NCBI GenBank assembly: GCA_964244895.1
Contig: CAXTKV010000006.1
Span: 45,106-55,250, forward strand
Origin: an uncultured Deinococcales bacterium
GTDB lineage: Bacteria; Deinococcota; Deinococci; Deinococcales; JAAFIG01
Length of the DNA stretch: 10,145 nt
Direction: 5' to 3'
Shown: positions 1 to 9,909 of the stretch, one piece after another
How positions within the stretch are numbered: the first letter of the stretch is position 1
Layout of the letters: every line of letters starts with the position of its first letter
Translations under genes and position numbers: made by a program
Notes under the pieces: model-generated
The model's input: the letters and a program-made list of their open reading frames with translations, nothing else
What the model was told of the DNA's origin: nothing
Database searches by the model: none

Positions 1-24
1 GAGTTGAAAACGCTCTACCCGTGA
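1..24 (+). CDS. Possible 3' end of an upstream gene (ELKTLYP*)
   Basis: Frame 1 reads GAG TTG AAA ACG CTC TAC CCG TGA and is followed by repeat-rich intergenic DNA; too short to identify. Confidence 0.3.
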   Translation, partial: ELKTLYP

Positions 25-32
25 TCTCGAGC

Positions 33-89
33 AGACCGTCCCGAACGCGAATGCTCGAGGCTCGAGAAGGCCGTGTGGGACGGTGTTCT
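33..89. repeat. Inverted ACCGT-N5-ACG box pair, 35-bp class
   Basis: Cores cgtcccgaacg (37-47) and cgtgtgggacg (72-82); 72-89 is the exact reverse complement of 2493-2510. Confidence 0.8.
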
Positions 90-93
90 CTCA

Positions 94-2304
<2,211 letters not shown>

Positions 2305-2314
2305 ATCGGGCCTC

Positions 2315-2444
2315 CTGCGAACGTCAGTCTCGAAGACGCGTTCGCGCGAGGGCAACCATCAAGGTTGCCCCTACAGGACAGGGTTTTGTAGGGGTAGGGC
2401 TTGTCCCTACCCTTCCCTCGGGACGTATTCGATCACGTTCGCAG
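2315..2444 (+). repeat. ~130-bp palindromic element with two oppositely oriented GTAG-type REP hairpins (REPIN/MITE-like), copy 1
   Basis: Terminal inverted 10-mers ctgcgaacgt (2315-2324) / acgttcgcag (2435-2444); minus-strand GTAG+GGGCAACC-N5-GGTTGCCC (2350-2374); plus-strand GTAG+GGGTAGGG-N5-CCCTACCC (2388-2412); 2345-2384 identical to 10032-10071. Confidence 0.88.
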
Positions 2445-2492
2445 CAGGTCTATTTGCGGTTGCCTCGCCGAAAGTGGTGGAGGTGAAGTTCA

Positions 2493-2542
2493 AGAACACC
2501 GTCCCACACGCAAACTCTGATATGCGTGCTGGACGGTGTTTT
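2493..2542. repeat. Inverted ACCGT-N5-ACG box pair, 25-bp class
   Basis: Cores 2500-2510 and 2525-2535; 2524-2541 is the exact reverse complement of 6437-6454. Confidence 0.85.
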
Positions 2543-2667
2543 CGCTGCGCAACGTTTTTGCGCGCCCGGAACGACCGACGAGACGTTTCTCGAGAAAAAA
2601 GCTCAGGGTTTTCACAGCTTCAGATCAGCGGACAGACCGTTTTGTGGTGCCTGCCAGGTTAGCGTGG

Positions 2668-3381
2668 TCAACTGAAAAACAGCGTCAACGAGATCGGCGC
2701 AATTGATCCCTGCGCGTTCCCCAAGACCATCACCATCGGGAGCAAACAAATGACAACCGCGACCACACCCGACAAAAGAAGCGCTCGTTCTTTCAGATTC
2801 CACTCGCCCTCGCGCACAGCTGATTTTCTGATGAGCGATCGCCAGATCTGAGCGCTCATCAGTACGAACGCGACGAGAAAAAGACCGGAGATGATCGCTT
2901 TCGGTCGTTGCCATGCGAGGCGATCATCTATTTTCCTTTGAACAAAAGACGGCATGCGTGGACTGCCCGATTGCAACCAGCCATTGAACGACTGGTAGAG
3001 CCGATCCGTTTGCGTCCCTGCTCGGGGCGTGCCGAGCAGACCGATGGATTCCGAAAATCCTTGCCACGGGTTCAGGACGTTGCTCACGTTGGCTGCGACG
3101 ATCAACGCCATCAACGAGCCCACCAGGGTGCTGAACGAACCGAAATAGAAAAACGTTTTCTTTTCAAACGTCCATTTGCGAGCATCCACCGTTGGGGCTT
3201 TCCTGAACCCCTTCCAAAAGAAGAGGCTCAGGAGGATGAGACCGAGCGTGAACAACCCACCCACAACCACCAGAACGACGTGGTACCTGGTGTAATCGCT
3301 GACCAGGCTGTTCAGAGCGGGATTGGATTTCGTACCGGATTGAATCAGTGTTTGCAGGGTGTCTTGTAACGTGTCGCTCAC
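2668..3381 (-). CDS. Hypothetical integral membrane protein (about 4 TM) with internal two-fold repeat
   Basis: Four hydrophobic segments; GTG at 3381 preceded by GAGG (MSDTLQDT..., 237 aa). The longer ORF extension to 3636 overlaps the lipoprotein gene and looks non-coding. Start uncertain. Confidence 0.75.
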   Translation of the reverse strand: MSDTLQDTLQTLIQSGTKSNPALNSLVSDYTRYHVVLVVVGGLFTLGLILLSLFFWKGFRKAPTVDARKWTFEKKTFFYFGSFSTLVGSLMALIVAANVSNVLNPWQGFSESIGLLGTPRAGTQTDRLYQSFNGWLQSGSPRMPSFVQRKIDDRLAWQRPKAIISGLFLVAFVLMSAQIWRSLIRKSAVREGEWNLKERALLLSGVVAVVICLLPMVMVLGNAQGSIAPISLTLFFS

Positions 3382-3428
3382 AAGAATTGCCTCAGTATGG
3401 AAGTCACGATACTGGCTCTCGAAGAATG

Positions 3429-3764
3429 TTAGGGCCTGACTGTGATGCCTGCGCGGTTCGCATCCGTCGTGGCGATGTAACCCATGTTCGTCTGGAAGTA
3501 CCGTCCGTTCTTGTCGAACCAGTAGACGTACTCGCCGCCCGGCCCCGTGCCCTCGCCACCCGAAGCGCGAGTGACCTTGCCGCCCTCGCCGCGATAAATT
3601 TCCTTGCCGTCGATGGAATAGACGGTGATGTACCACGGTACGTTGGCGATGTTCAGCGTGTCGCGCCGGAACTGGTTCTGCTGCTCGGCGCTGCAGGCCG
3701 TGGCGATGATGGCGACGAACGCCGCGAGTGCCGCGTATTTCCCGTATTTCACAATTCGATTCAT
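3429..3764 (-). CDS. Small lipoprotein of unknown function
   Basis: ATG 3764 with GGGAGG Shine-Dalgarno; basic N-terminus, hydrophobic stretch and lipobox IATA-C; 111 aa. Confidence 0.85.
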   Translation of the reverse strand: MNRIVKYGKYAALAAFVAIIATACSAEQQNQFRRDTLNIANVPWYITVYSIDGKEIYRGEGGKVTRASGGEGTGPGGEYVYWFDKNGRYFQTNMGYIATTDANRAGITVRP

Positions 3765-3783
3765 AAAACCTCCCAGGATCTCG

Positions 3784-3789
3784 AGTCTA
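3784..3789 (-). promoter_or_regulatory. Candidate -10 element TAGACT for lipoprotein gene
   Basis: TANNNT hexamer just upstream of the SD sequence. Confidence 0.4.
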
Positions 3790-3924
3790 CCGCCCGAGGG
3801 CTCGCCCTGCGTTTTCATACGCGGTCGGATGATTCAAGGTTCCCGAGCGCGCCCACCCACCGGAAGGCCGTCTGCGAGCCCAGACGCTGGGCCTGAAGCG
3901 CGAGAAAGGCCACCTGGATGCTGG

Positions 3925-3930
3925 TATCAT
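3925..3930 (+). promoter_or_regulatory. Candidate -10 element TATCAT for FemABX operon
   Basis: TANNNT hexamer in the divergent intergenic region about 40 bp upstream of the proposed TTG start. Confidence 0.35.
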
Positions 3931-3972
3931 CACGCTCATCTCGCAGCCCCCAGGCTGAAAGGAACGCCACCC

Positions 3973-5037
3973 TTGAAGGACGCCAGCAAGCCCGTCGCCA
4001 CCGAAGTCCACGACCCGGAAGCCTGGAACGCGCTCGTCGCCGGATTCCGGTATTCCAGCCCGTTGCAGGGCTGGGGTTGGGGCGAGGTCAAACGCCTTTC
4101 CGGTTGGGTTCCAACGCGCCTGAACCTGTCGCGGGCAGGGGAGACCTTCGCCGCCGCGCAAATCCTGCGCCGCAAACAGGGGCCTGTCGCGTACTTGTAC
4201 GCTCCTCGCGGCCCCGCCATCAACCACATTCCTGATCTCGAGGACGCCGCAATTGCGTTGCGCGCCTGGTCTGGCGCTGGCGACGTGACCCTCAAGATCG
4301 AACCGCCCGCGCCGATCCCGTCCGACGGCGACCCCAGCGCGATTCCCGCCAGCCTGGGATCGTGGGCCTACACGGAAAGCACGCAACCCGAGCACACCGT
4401 GCTGCTTGACCTGGCCCGAGACGAGGCCGCGATCCTCAAGGGCATGCACGAGATGGCCAGACGCAACACGAAAACATCCATCAAAGAAGGTGTGACCGTC
4501 GGGCCAGAGGATGACTTCGACGCGTTCTGGAATTTGTTCACCGAAACCAACCAGCGATCCAGCCTGATGAATCACTCCAGAACCTACTACGAGACCGTCC
4601 TGCGCGAGTGCGCCAAACACGGCGGCGACGCCAAGATCATCACCGCCCGTCTGGACGGTCAAGCCCTCGCGTCCGGACTGGTGATCGGGTTGGGTGCGGA
4701 ACTGGATTACCTCTACGGCGGCAGCACGCGCCTGGAACGCGCTGAAGGCCAGCGCGACCCGAAAGGATCGAACGGTTTTTACTGGGGCATGATCCGTTAC
4801 GGCGTGCAGCAGGGGTACAAGCACCTCGATCTGTTCGGTATTCCCAGGGAATTGAGTGAAGACAAGCACAGCTTCGGCGTGTATCAGTTCAAGGAACGTC
4901 TCGGTGGTCAAAAGGTCTGGTATCCCGCCTACGAGTTGCAACTCAGCCCGCTCTCGAGCGTGGTCAATACAGCGTTGCGGCTGCGAAAGAACCTGATGAA
5001 TTACCGGGCTCGAGGCACGGCGAAGGACGTGTTGTAG
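3973..5037 (+). CDS. FemABX-family peptidoglycan interpeptide-bridge aminoacyltransferase (lipid II:glycine glycyltransferase-like)
   Basis: Motifs LQGWGWGEVK..GW, YAPRGP, LKIEP, QPEHTVLLDL, YLYGGS, LDLFGI, GVYQFKERLGG. Start placed at TTG 3973 after AAAGGA; 354 aa. Confidence 0.92.
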   Translation: MKDASKPVATEVHDPEAWNALVAGFRYSSPLQGWGWGEVKRLSGWVPTRLNLSRAGETFAAAQILRRKQGPVAYLYAPRGPAINHIPDLEDAAIALRAWSGAGDVTLKIEPPAPIPSDGDPSAIPASLGSWAYTESTQPEHTVLLDLARDEAAILKGMHEMARRNTKTSIKEGVTVGPEDDFDAFWNLFTETNQRSSLMNHSRTYYETVLRECAKHGGDAKIITARLDGQALASGLVIGLGAELDYLYGGSTRLERAEGQRDPKGSNGFYWGMIRYGVQQGYKHLDLFGIPRELSEDKHSFGVYQFKERLGGQKVWYPAYELQLSPLSSVVNTALRLRKNLMNYRARGTAKDVL

Positions 5038-5042
5038 TCAAA

Positions 5043-5465
5043 ATGGATTTATTTGAGACTCCTAAACTCTTTCTTCGATCAGTTTTTTGGGGCTGTGTGC
5101 CAGTGATGTTGCATTGGACTTATCAGAAGTACAAGAATATTTTTACCATTTTTGTTTTCGCAACCATTTTGTGCTTGATAGTTTATGCGTTGATCAAAAA
5201 AGTAAAGATGGAGTGGAAATCTGGTTTTACTTTTCATTTATTTGGAGTCGATATTTTAGCTCTTACCAAGTTAGTAAATAGAGAGATTTATAGAGAAAAA
5301 TTCTTCGAGTATTTTACTCAATTCTCGACCGCTTTCTTGGGCATTCTCTTAGGTTCCTACTGGTCGAACTATTTCTTTCCTACATCGTTTTCGCCTCCAA
5401 TTTTTGTTTGGTGGGCATTTGGATGCGGTGTTTACTCAATAAAATTACCCAAGGAAGCTGCCTGA
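5043..5465 (+). CDS. AT-rich hypothetical membrane protein
   Basis: 140-aa Phe/Ile-rich ORF with several hydrophobic segments; line 5101-5160 has 19/60 G+C; 5-nt gaps to both neighbours. Confidence 0.72.
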   Translation: MDLFETPKLFLRSVFWGCVPVMLHWTYQKYKNIFTIFVFATILCLIVYALIKKVKMEWKSGFTFHLFGVDILALTKLVNREIYREKFFEYFTQFSTAFLGILLGSYWSNYFFPTSFSPPIFVWWAFGCGVYSIKLPKEAA

Positions 5466-5470
5466 TCCTG

Positions 5471-5680
5471 ATGACCTTCTCGAGACTCGTTATTTTTGCA
5501 ATGATCACCATGCTGGTCGCGTTGATCGTGTTCTCAATCGTGGCGGTGGGGGTTTCGCAGGGCTTGATGGGCTTGGGTGTCTCGAGGCCAATCGCGGGTC
5601 TGGCAGCGCTCGCGCTGGGTGGGTTCGCGGCGGTGAGGGTCTGGAAGTTCGTGGATGTGCAATTCTCTAGGGGCACATGA
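5471..5680 (+). CDS. Small two-TM hypothetical protein
   Basis: ATG 5471 (MTFSRLVIF..., 69 aa), two hydrophobic helices, stop overlaps next start as ATGA (5677-5680). Confidence 0.7.
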   Translation: MTFSRLVIFAMITMLVALIVFSIVAVGVSQGLMGLGVSRPIAGLAALALGGFAAVRVWKFVDVQFSRGT

Positions 5681-6438
5681 AATACACGACCCTGAAACCT
5701 GTGGCGTTCGTCGGGCCGGACGCGGCGCAGACCGTGCAGAAACTGTACGCGCTGGAACAGCGTTTCTTGCCCATCGAGGTTCCATCGAACTCGAAGCTTT
5801 CCGCCGTGCTGGACGGTTTGGAACCGTTGGGTTTCCTGGGCGCGGTGATTTCCGGGAACGCGTGCCTGGAGGCTCCAAGCTTGGTTTCCAGGCGCGATCG
5901 GAACGTGGATCGGGATGGCGCGGTGGATGCGGTCGTGGCGCACGGCGGGTCTTTCGGGGCGCACACCCTGGAGGACGCGTTGATTCGCACCCTGGAGGAT
6001 CAGGGCTTCCGGGGGTACGGCGCGCACGTCGTGGTGGTCGGCAGCGGCTCAGTGGCGATGGCGGCCACGCAACTGGCGCGGCAGGGTTTCAAGACGGTCA
6101 CGATTGCGGCCACGGATCGTCCCGCCGCCGAGAAGCTCGCGCGAGCCTTGCCCGCCGGGGTCAGTTCGTTCACGTTGACCCTGGAGGAACCCCGTCTGGC
6201 GGACGTGCTCGAGCGCGCGGATCTGATCGTGCATTGCGGCCCGGACGCCAGGTTGAACCCGGCGCTGTTGCAGCCGTACCACACGCTCCTGGAGGCCGCC
6301 TGCGAGACGAACCTGTCCGTCGCGATTGAACGCGCGGGTGGCAACGTGATTCCGTACAGCCTGGTCGCGGCGCACAAGTTGTCCGCTCAACTGGAATTCG
6401 TGACTGCGATCAAGTTCGATCCGGCGTTGCTGCTGTAA
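5677..6438 (+). CDS. Shikimate dehydrogenase (AroE)-like protein, divergent
   Basis: AroE-like layout: GFLGAVI, GAVDAV (GAVNT-like), Rossmann VVVGSGSVA, VTIAATDR, ADLIVHC; canonical catalytic motifs not recognisable. Confidence 0.75.
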   Translation: MKYTTLKPVAFVGPDAAQTVQKLYALEQRFLPIEVPSNSKLSAVLDGLEPLGFLGAVISGNACLEAPSLVSRRDRNVDRDGAVDAVVAHGGSFGAHTLEDALIRTLEDQGFRGYGAHVVVVGSGSVAMAATQLARQGFKTVTIAATDRPAAEKLARALPAGVSSFTLTLEEPRLADVLERADLIVHCGPDARLNPALLQPYHTLLEAACETNLSVAIERAGGNVIPYSLVAAHKLSAQLEFVTAIKFDPALLL

Positions 6439-6486
6439 ACACCGTCCAGCACGCGTCTCGAGAATACCGTGCTGGACAGTGTTCTT
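6437..6486. repeat. Inverted ACCGT-N5-ACG box pair, 25-bp class, between convergent genes (possible bidirectional terminator)
   Basis: aacaccgtccagcacg (6438-6453) pairs with cgtgctggacagtgtt (6468-6483), one mismatch; fills the entire gap between two stop codons. Confidence 0.85.
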
Positions 6487-6916
6487 AGAAAATCGTCTGT
6501 TTGGATCGGGAGATTTCCCAGCCGTGCCTGTCGGTGTTCACGCAGCGCAGGCGTGCGGTCGTGGCCTCACAGCGGAAACCGCCAGCCTTCCAGACTTTGC
6601 CGTATTGAAGTACCGGATTTTGCGGGTTCTGAACGGTGTCGCCGTGGCACAACCAGCCAGCCTTGCCGCGGTTGTTCATGGTCACGGCGTCGCCCCAGTC
6701 CAGGTCGCAGTCTGCGGGTCGGGGCGGGCGCACGGCGTTCTGCACCAGGTCGCAGCGCAGGTTGTTGGTCTGGCCTTCGGCGTAGGCGGCGCAGTGAATG
6801 TTGCCGGATGGCGTCTGGAAGCCGCCCAGTTCTGAGGTGTTCTGTACCAGCCCCGTGTAGGCCGCGAAGCTCGCGCTCGAGAGGGTCATGGCGGTCAGCA
6901 ACCAGGTGATGTTCAT
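6485..6916 (-). CDS. Secreted Cys-rich protein, DUF6636-like
   Basis: Signal peptide (..SASFA), FQTPSGNIHC, LRCD, CDLDWG, CHGDT, LQYG, C..C..HGW pattern; GGAG SD. Confidence 0.82.
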   Translation of the reverse strand: MNITWLLTAMTLSSASFAAYTGLVQNTSELGGFQTPSGNIHCAAYAEGQTNNLRCDLVQNAVRPPRPADCDLDWGDAVTMNNRGKAGWLCHGDTVQNPQNPVLQYGKVWKAGGFRCEATTARLRCVNTDRHGWEISRSKQTIF

Positions 6917-7056
6917 GGGTTCTCCGCTTGAATCTGGCTGGATGTCGTGAGGTCAACTCTTGGACTCGAGCCTAGCGGTAGCTGACGATTTTTCGTGTGC
7001 AAAACGCGCATGGGGCGCGTCACAGACGGGTTTTGTAAGGAATTGTTGAGGATTTC

Positions 7057-7548
7057 TCAGAACGTCAGATCGGTCGGCCACACGCCGCTGGCATCCAGGC
7101 CCGAGCGCAATTCGTTGACCGTTTTGTTGATGCCGGGAATCATCAGGTCGGGCGCGAGGTCGTGCAGGGGTTCGATCGCGAAGGCGCGCTCGTGCAACCT
7201 GGGGTGGGGCACGCTCAGGTCTTGGGTTTGAATGATCTCGTCGCCGTACAAGAGCACGTCCAGATCCAGGGTGCGTGGCCCCCAGCGTTCGCGGCGTTCG
7301 CGCCCGCGCAGGTGTTCGATCGTCAGCAGCGCGCGCAGCAGTTCGTGGGCGGTCAATCCCGTCTCGAGCCTGACGACCGCGTTCAGGTACGCGCCCTGGT
7401 GATCTGGCCCGCCGACGGGTTCGGTTTCAAAGATGCGACTCTGGCCGCTCACCAGTCCTGCTCGCGCCTCGAGTTCGGTGCGTCCGGCGCGCAAGTGCTC
7501 GAGCCGATCCTCGAGGTTTGACCCGAACGCGATGAAGGCTGTCGTCAC
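7057..7548 (-). CDS. folK: 2-amino-4-hydroxy-6-hydroxymethyldihydropteridine diphosphokinase
   Basis: AFIAFGSNL, YLNAVV, RERRERWGPRTLDLDVL, PHPRLHERAF; start placed at GTG 7548. Confidence 0.97.
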   Translation of the reverse strand: MTTAFIAFGSNLEDRLEHLRAGRTELEARAGLVSGQSRIFETEPVGGPDHQGAYLNAVVRLETGLTAHELLRALLTIEHLRGRERRERWGPRTLDLDVLLYGDEIIQTQDLSVPHPRLHERAFAIEPLHDLAPDLMIPGINKTVNELRSGLDASGVWPTDLTF

Positions 7549-7555
7549 GGCGCAC

Positions 7556-7561
7556 AGATTA
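7556..7561 (-). promoter_or_regulatory. Candidate -10 TAATCT, leaderless folK promoter
   Basis: TANNNT 7 nt upstream of GTG, no SD in between. Confidence 0.5.
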
Positions 7562-7667
7562 CCCTCGCTCGCTTCTCGAGCCAATGACTCTGAGGATTTG
7601 TGGACAGACTTGACCGCGCTGAAGCGGCTTTCGTGCGCGTTTTTATCCTGGACTAAACCGCGTTCAT

Positions 7668-7673
7668 TATTAT
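7668..7673 (+). promoter_or_regulatory. Candidate -10 TATTAT, leaderless DUF4388 gene promoter
   Basis: TANNNT 6 nt upstream of ATG 7680, no SD. Confidence 0.55.
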
Positions 7674-7679
7674 TGAGCC

Positions 7680-8006
7680 ATGAAAGGCTCGCTCGAGGAA
7701 ATCAACTTCATTCAACTGGCGCAGTTCTTCGCGGGCAACCGCCACACGGGCTGTCTGGTCGTCTGGTTTCTGGGCGGCGGAGAGGCGCTGGTGTACTTCG
7801 ATTTTGGCAGGATCGTCAGCGCCCAGTTCGGTGTCTTGAGCGGTCAGGAAGCCCTCAACGGGCTGGCCAACAAATCGCAGCGCGGCAGGTTCCGATTCCG
7901 TTTCGGTCAACGCGTAGCCGGTCACAACGTCACCGCCACGTCCATCAGCGTGCTGCTCGAGATGGGTCAACGCAATTCCTTCACGGGCTTTCCCATCGCG
8001 TCCTGA
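7680..8006 (+). CDS. Stand-alone DUF4388 (PATAN-like) domain protein
   Basis: MKGSLEEINFIQLAQFF..HTGCL, VYFDFGRIVSA, GQEAL, GRFRF, VLLE pattern typical of DUF4388; 108 aa. Confidence 0.85.
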   Translation: MKGSLEEINFIQLAQFFAGNRHTGCLVVWFLGGGEALVYFDFGRIVSAQFGVLSGQEALNGLANKSQRGRFRFRFGQRVAGHNVTATSISVLLEMGQRNSFTGFPIAS

Positions 8007-8042
8007 GGACGCTCGAGTCCGTTCGGATCGAAAGTCATTCGC

Positions 8043-8106
8043 AAAAAACCGTCCAGGACGAAAGAATCCGGGACGGACGCCACGATTTTGAATCCTCGAC
8101 GGTTTT
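8043..8106. repeat. Degenerate ACCGT-N5-ACG box cluster
   Basis: aaaaccgtccaggacg (8045-8060) with partial partners aatccgggacgg (8065-8076) and aatcctcgacggtttt (8091-8106). Confidence 0.6.
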
Positions 8107-8245
8107 GGTGACCGCTCTAAAACTCAGTTCTGGTGCTTGCGCGAGCCGCCAGTGATGGGCCGGTAGGCCGCTCTGAAGTGCGCCTCCAAAAGAATCGTTC
8201 GTGCGGCGCGATGCCGTGGATCGGTGCGCTCGGGGCGTTTCAGGT

Positions 8246-8292
8246 AAGAACGCCGTCCTGGACGCATGCGGGCTCTCGCGTCCAGGACGGTT
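8246..8292. repeat. Inverted ACCGT-N5-ACG box pair, 25-bp class
   Basis: Cores cgtcctggacg (8254-8264) and cgtccaggacg (8279-8289). Confidence 0.82.
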
Positions 8293-8370
8293 CCGGTGTG
8301 CGCCAATCCTTTGAAACCTCGCTTTGAACGCGAATGGTCGCTCGAGCAACCCGACGGAACCCAAAGCGCC

Positions 8371-9819
8371 TCAGGTCGTCAGATCGAACGGGCGCTCGCC
8401 CAGCCCGGTGCGCTCGGGCGGCGCGGGCGGCGAGCCCTGAAGCTCGGGCAGCAGCTTGCCCGGATTCATGATGCCGTGCGGGTCGAAGGCCCGTTTGACG
8501 CGCCAGAAGGCTTCCAGGGTGGCCCTGGGCGTGGCCTCGGTCATGAAGCCGCGCTTCATCAAGCCGATGCCGTGCTCGCCGGACAGCACGCCGCCGTGTT
8601 TGATGGCCACCCGCGCGATCTCGTGCGCGAACTCGTCCACCACATCCACGGAATCCACGGCGCGGTTGAACAGAATGTTCGGGTGCAAGTTGCCGTCGCC
8701 AGCGTGCCCGAAAATCGCGAACGGAAACTGCGGGTAGCGCTGGCTGATGGCCTGCATCTCGCGCATGGCGGGCTCTAAATGGCTGCGCGGCACGACGATA
8801 TCCTCGTTGAAACGGTGCGGTCGGATGTTGCCCAGCGCGGGCGACACGCTGCGGCGCGCCTTCCAGAGTTGCGCGGCTTCCTCCGGGCTGGCGGCCAGCT
8901 TGACCTCGCGGGCTCCGGCCTGGCGGAAGGCGTCCGCGACGGCCTCGATTTCTTGGGTCACGATGCTCGCGTCGTCGCCGTCGCAATCGGAAACGAGGAT
9001 CGCTTCGGCGTCCGTCGGCAAACCCATCTTCACGAATTGCTCGACCGCTTTGATGCTGTTCTGATCCATCAATTCTAGTTTCGCGGGCGTCAGACCGCGC
9101 GCCGTGACCAGCGCGACCGCCCGACCGGCCTGCCCCAGATCGTCGAAGACCGCGAAAGCCGTGCGCGCGAATTTGGGGATCACATCGAGCTTCAAAACCG
9201 CGTCCGTCACGAAAGCCAGCGTGCCCTCGGAACCGATCAGCAAGCCCGGAATGTCCAGCCCGGAACGATCCATGCGGTAGACCGAGCCGTCTGCGGTCAC
9301 GAACTCGAGTTCCAGCACGCTGTCGCTGGTCACGCCCTTTTTCAGGCACTGCGGGCCGCCCGCGTTCTCGGCGATGTTGCCGCCGATGGTGGACTGGCGG
9401 CTCGAGGCCGGATCGGGCGCGTAGTACAACCCGAACGGTTTGGCCATGGCGCTGATCGCGTCCGTGATCACGCCCGGTTGCGCGAAGGCCACGCGCTGCT
9501 GCTCGTCAATTTCCAATTTCGTCATGCGGTTCGTGGCGATCGTCACGCACGGCCCGACCGGAACCGCTCCGCCCGAGAGGCCAGACGAACCCCCGCGCGG
9601 CACGACCGGGAAGCGGAACTCGTGACAAATCTTGATCGCCTCCGCCACGTCCTTGGTGGTTTCCGCGATCACCACCGCGACCGGGGCTGGCCCCTGCGCG
9701 ATCGCATCGTAACGGTAGAGCAGCGTCTCGACCGGGTTCGTTTTGAGCTTGTTGCCCAGCGCGGATTTCAGCCGCTCGAGCAATCCGGGCGGCGCGTGAT
9801 GGGTCGGTGGGGCGCTCAT
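8371..9819 (-). CDS. FAD-linked oxidoreductase, GlcD / D-2-hydroxyacid dehydrogenase family
   Basis: [82 protein letters not shown]; start placed at ATG 9819, 482 aa. Confidence 0.93.
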   Translation of the reverse strand: MSAPPTHHAPPGLLERLKSALGNKLKTNPVETLLYRYDAIAQGPAPVAVVIAETTKDVAEAIKICHEFRFPVVPRGGSSGLSGGAVPVGPCVTIATNRMTKLEIDEQQRVAFAQPGVITDAISAMAKPFGLYYAPDPASSRQSTIGGNIAENAGGPQCLKKGVTSDSVLELEFVTADGSVYRMDRSGLDIPGLLIGSEGTLAFVTDAVLKLDVIPKFARTAFAVFDDLGQAGRAVALVTARGLTPAKLELMDQNSIKAVEQFVKMGLPTDAEAILVSDCDGDDASIVTQEIEAVADAFRQAGAREVKLAASPEEAAQLWKARRSVSPALGNIRPHRFNEDIVVPRSHLEPAMREMQAISQRYPQFPFAIFGHAGDGNLHPNILFNRAVDSVDVVDEFAHEIARVAIKHGGVLSGEHGIGLMKRGFMTEATPRATLEAFWRVKRAFDPHGIMNPGKLLPELQGSPPAPPERTGLGERPFDLTT

Positions 9820-9825
9820 GGCTTC

Positions 9826-9831
9826 AGTATG
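9826..9831 (-). promoter_or_regulatory. Candidate -10 CATACT, leaderless promoter of GlcD-like gene
   Basis: Minus strand reads CATACT-gaagcc-ATG (6-nt spacer), no SD. Confidence 0.5.
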
Positions 9832-9909
9832 ACGCACCGAGCCGCGCCTCACCGTGGACTCGAGCGCGGTTGGCGCACGACACGGCAAATCCCGATCTCG
9901 AGCGTTCAG

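Noticed and set aside
3382..3636. N-terminal extension of the membrane protein ORF or frameshift fusion with the lipoprotein
   Set aside because: Extension is an Arg/His-rich off-frame read of the lipoprotein gene; both genes have their own plausible start and stop.
3862..3895. Overlapping alternative hairpins (cgtctg/cagacg and gcccag/ctgggc) as a riboswitch
   Set aside because: 6-bp GC stems are expected by chance and no known aptamer motif is visible.
3625..3972. Long N-terminal extension of FemABX
   Set aside because: Overlaps the opposite-strand lipoprotein and precedes the family's conserved N-terminus.
3787..4941. 384-aa antisense ORF (likewise 1063-1929 and same-strand 8240-9349)
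   Set aside because: Shadow ORFs of well-supported GC-rich genes, with no recognisable motifs.
7000..7040. Another paired-box element (core cgtcacagacg at 7018-7028)
   Set aside because: Only one convincing core and no partner at 25 or 35 bp; not counted.
8035..8364. 109-aa ORF downstream of the GlcD-like gene
   Set aside because: Runs through repeat elements, atypical composition, no SD or recognisable domain.
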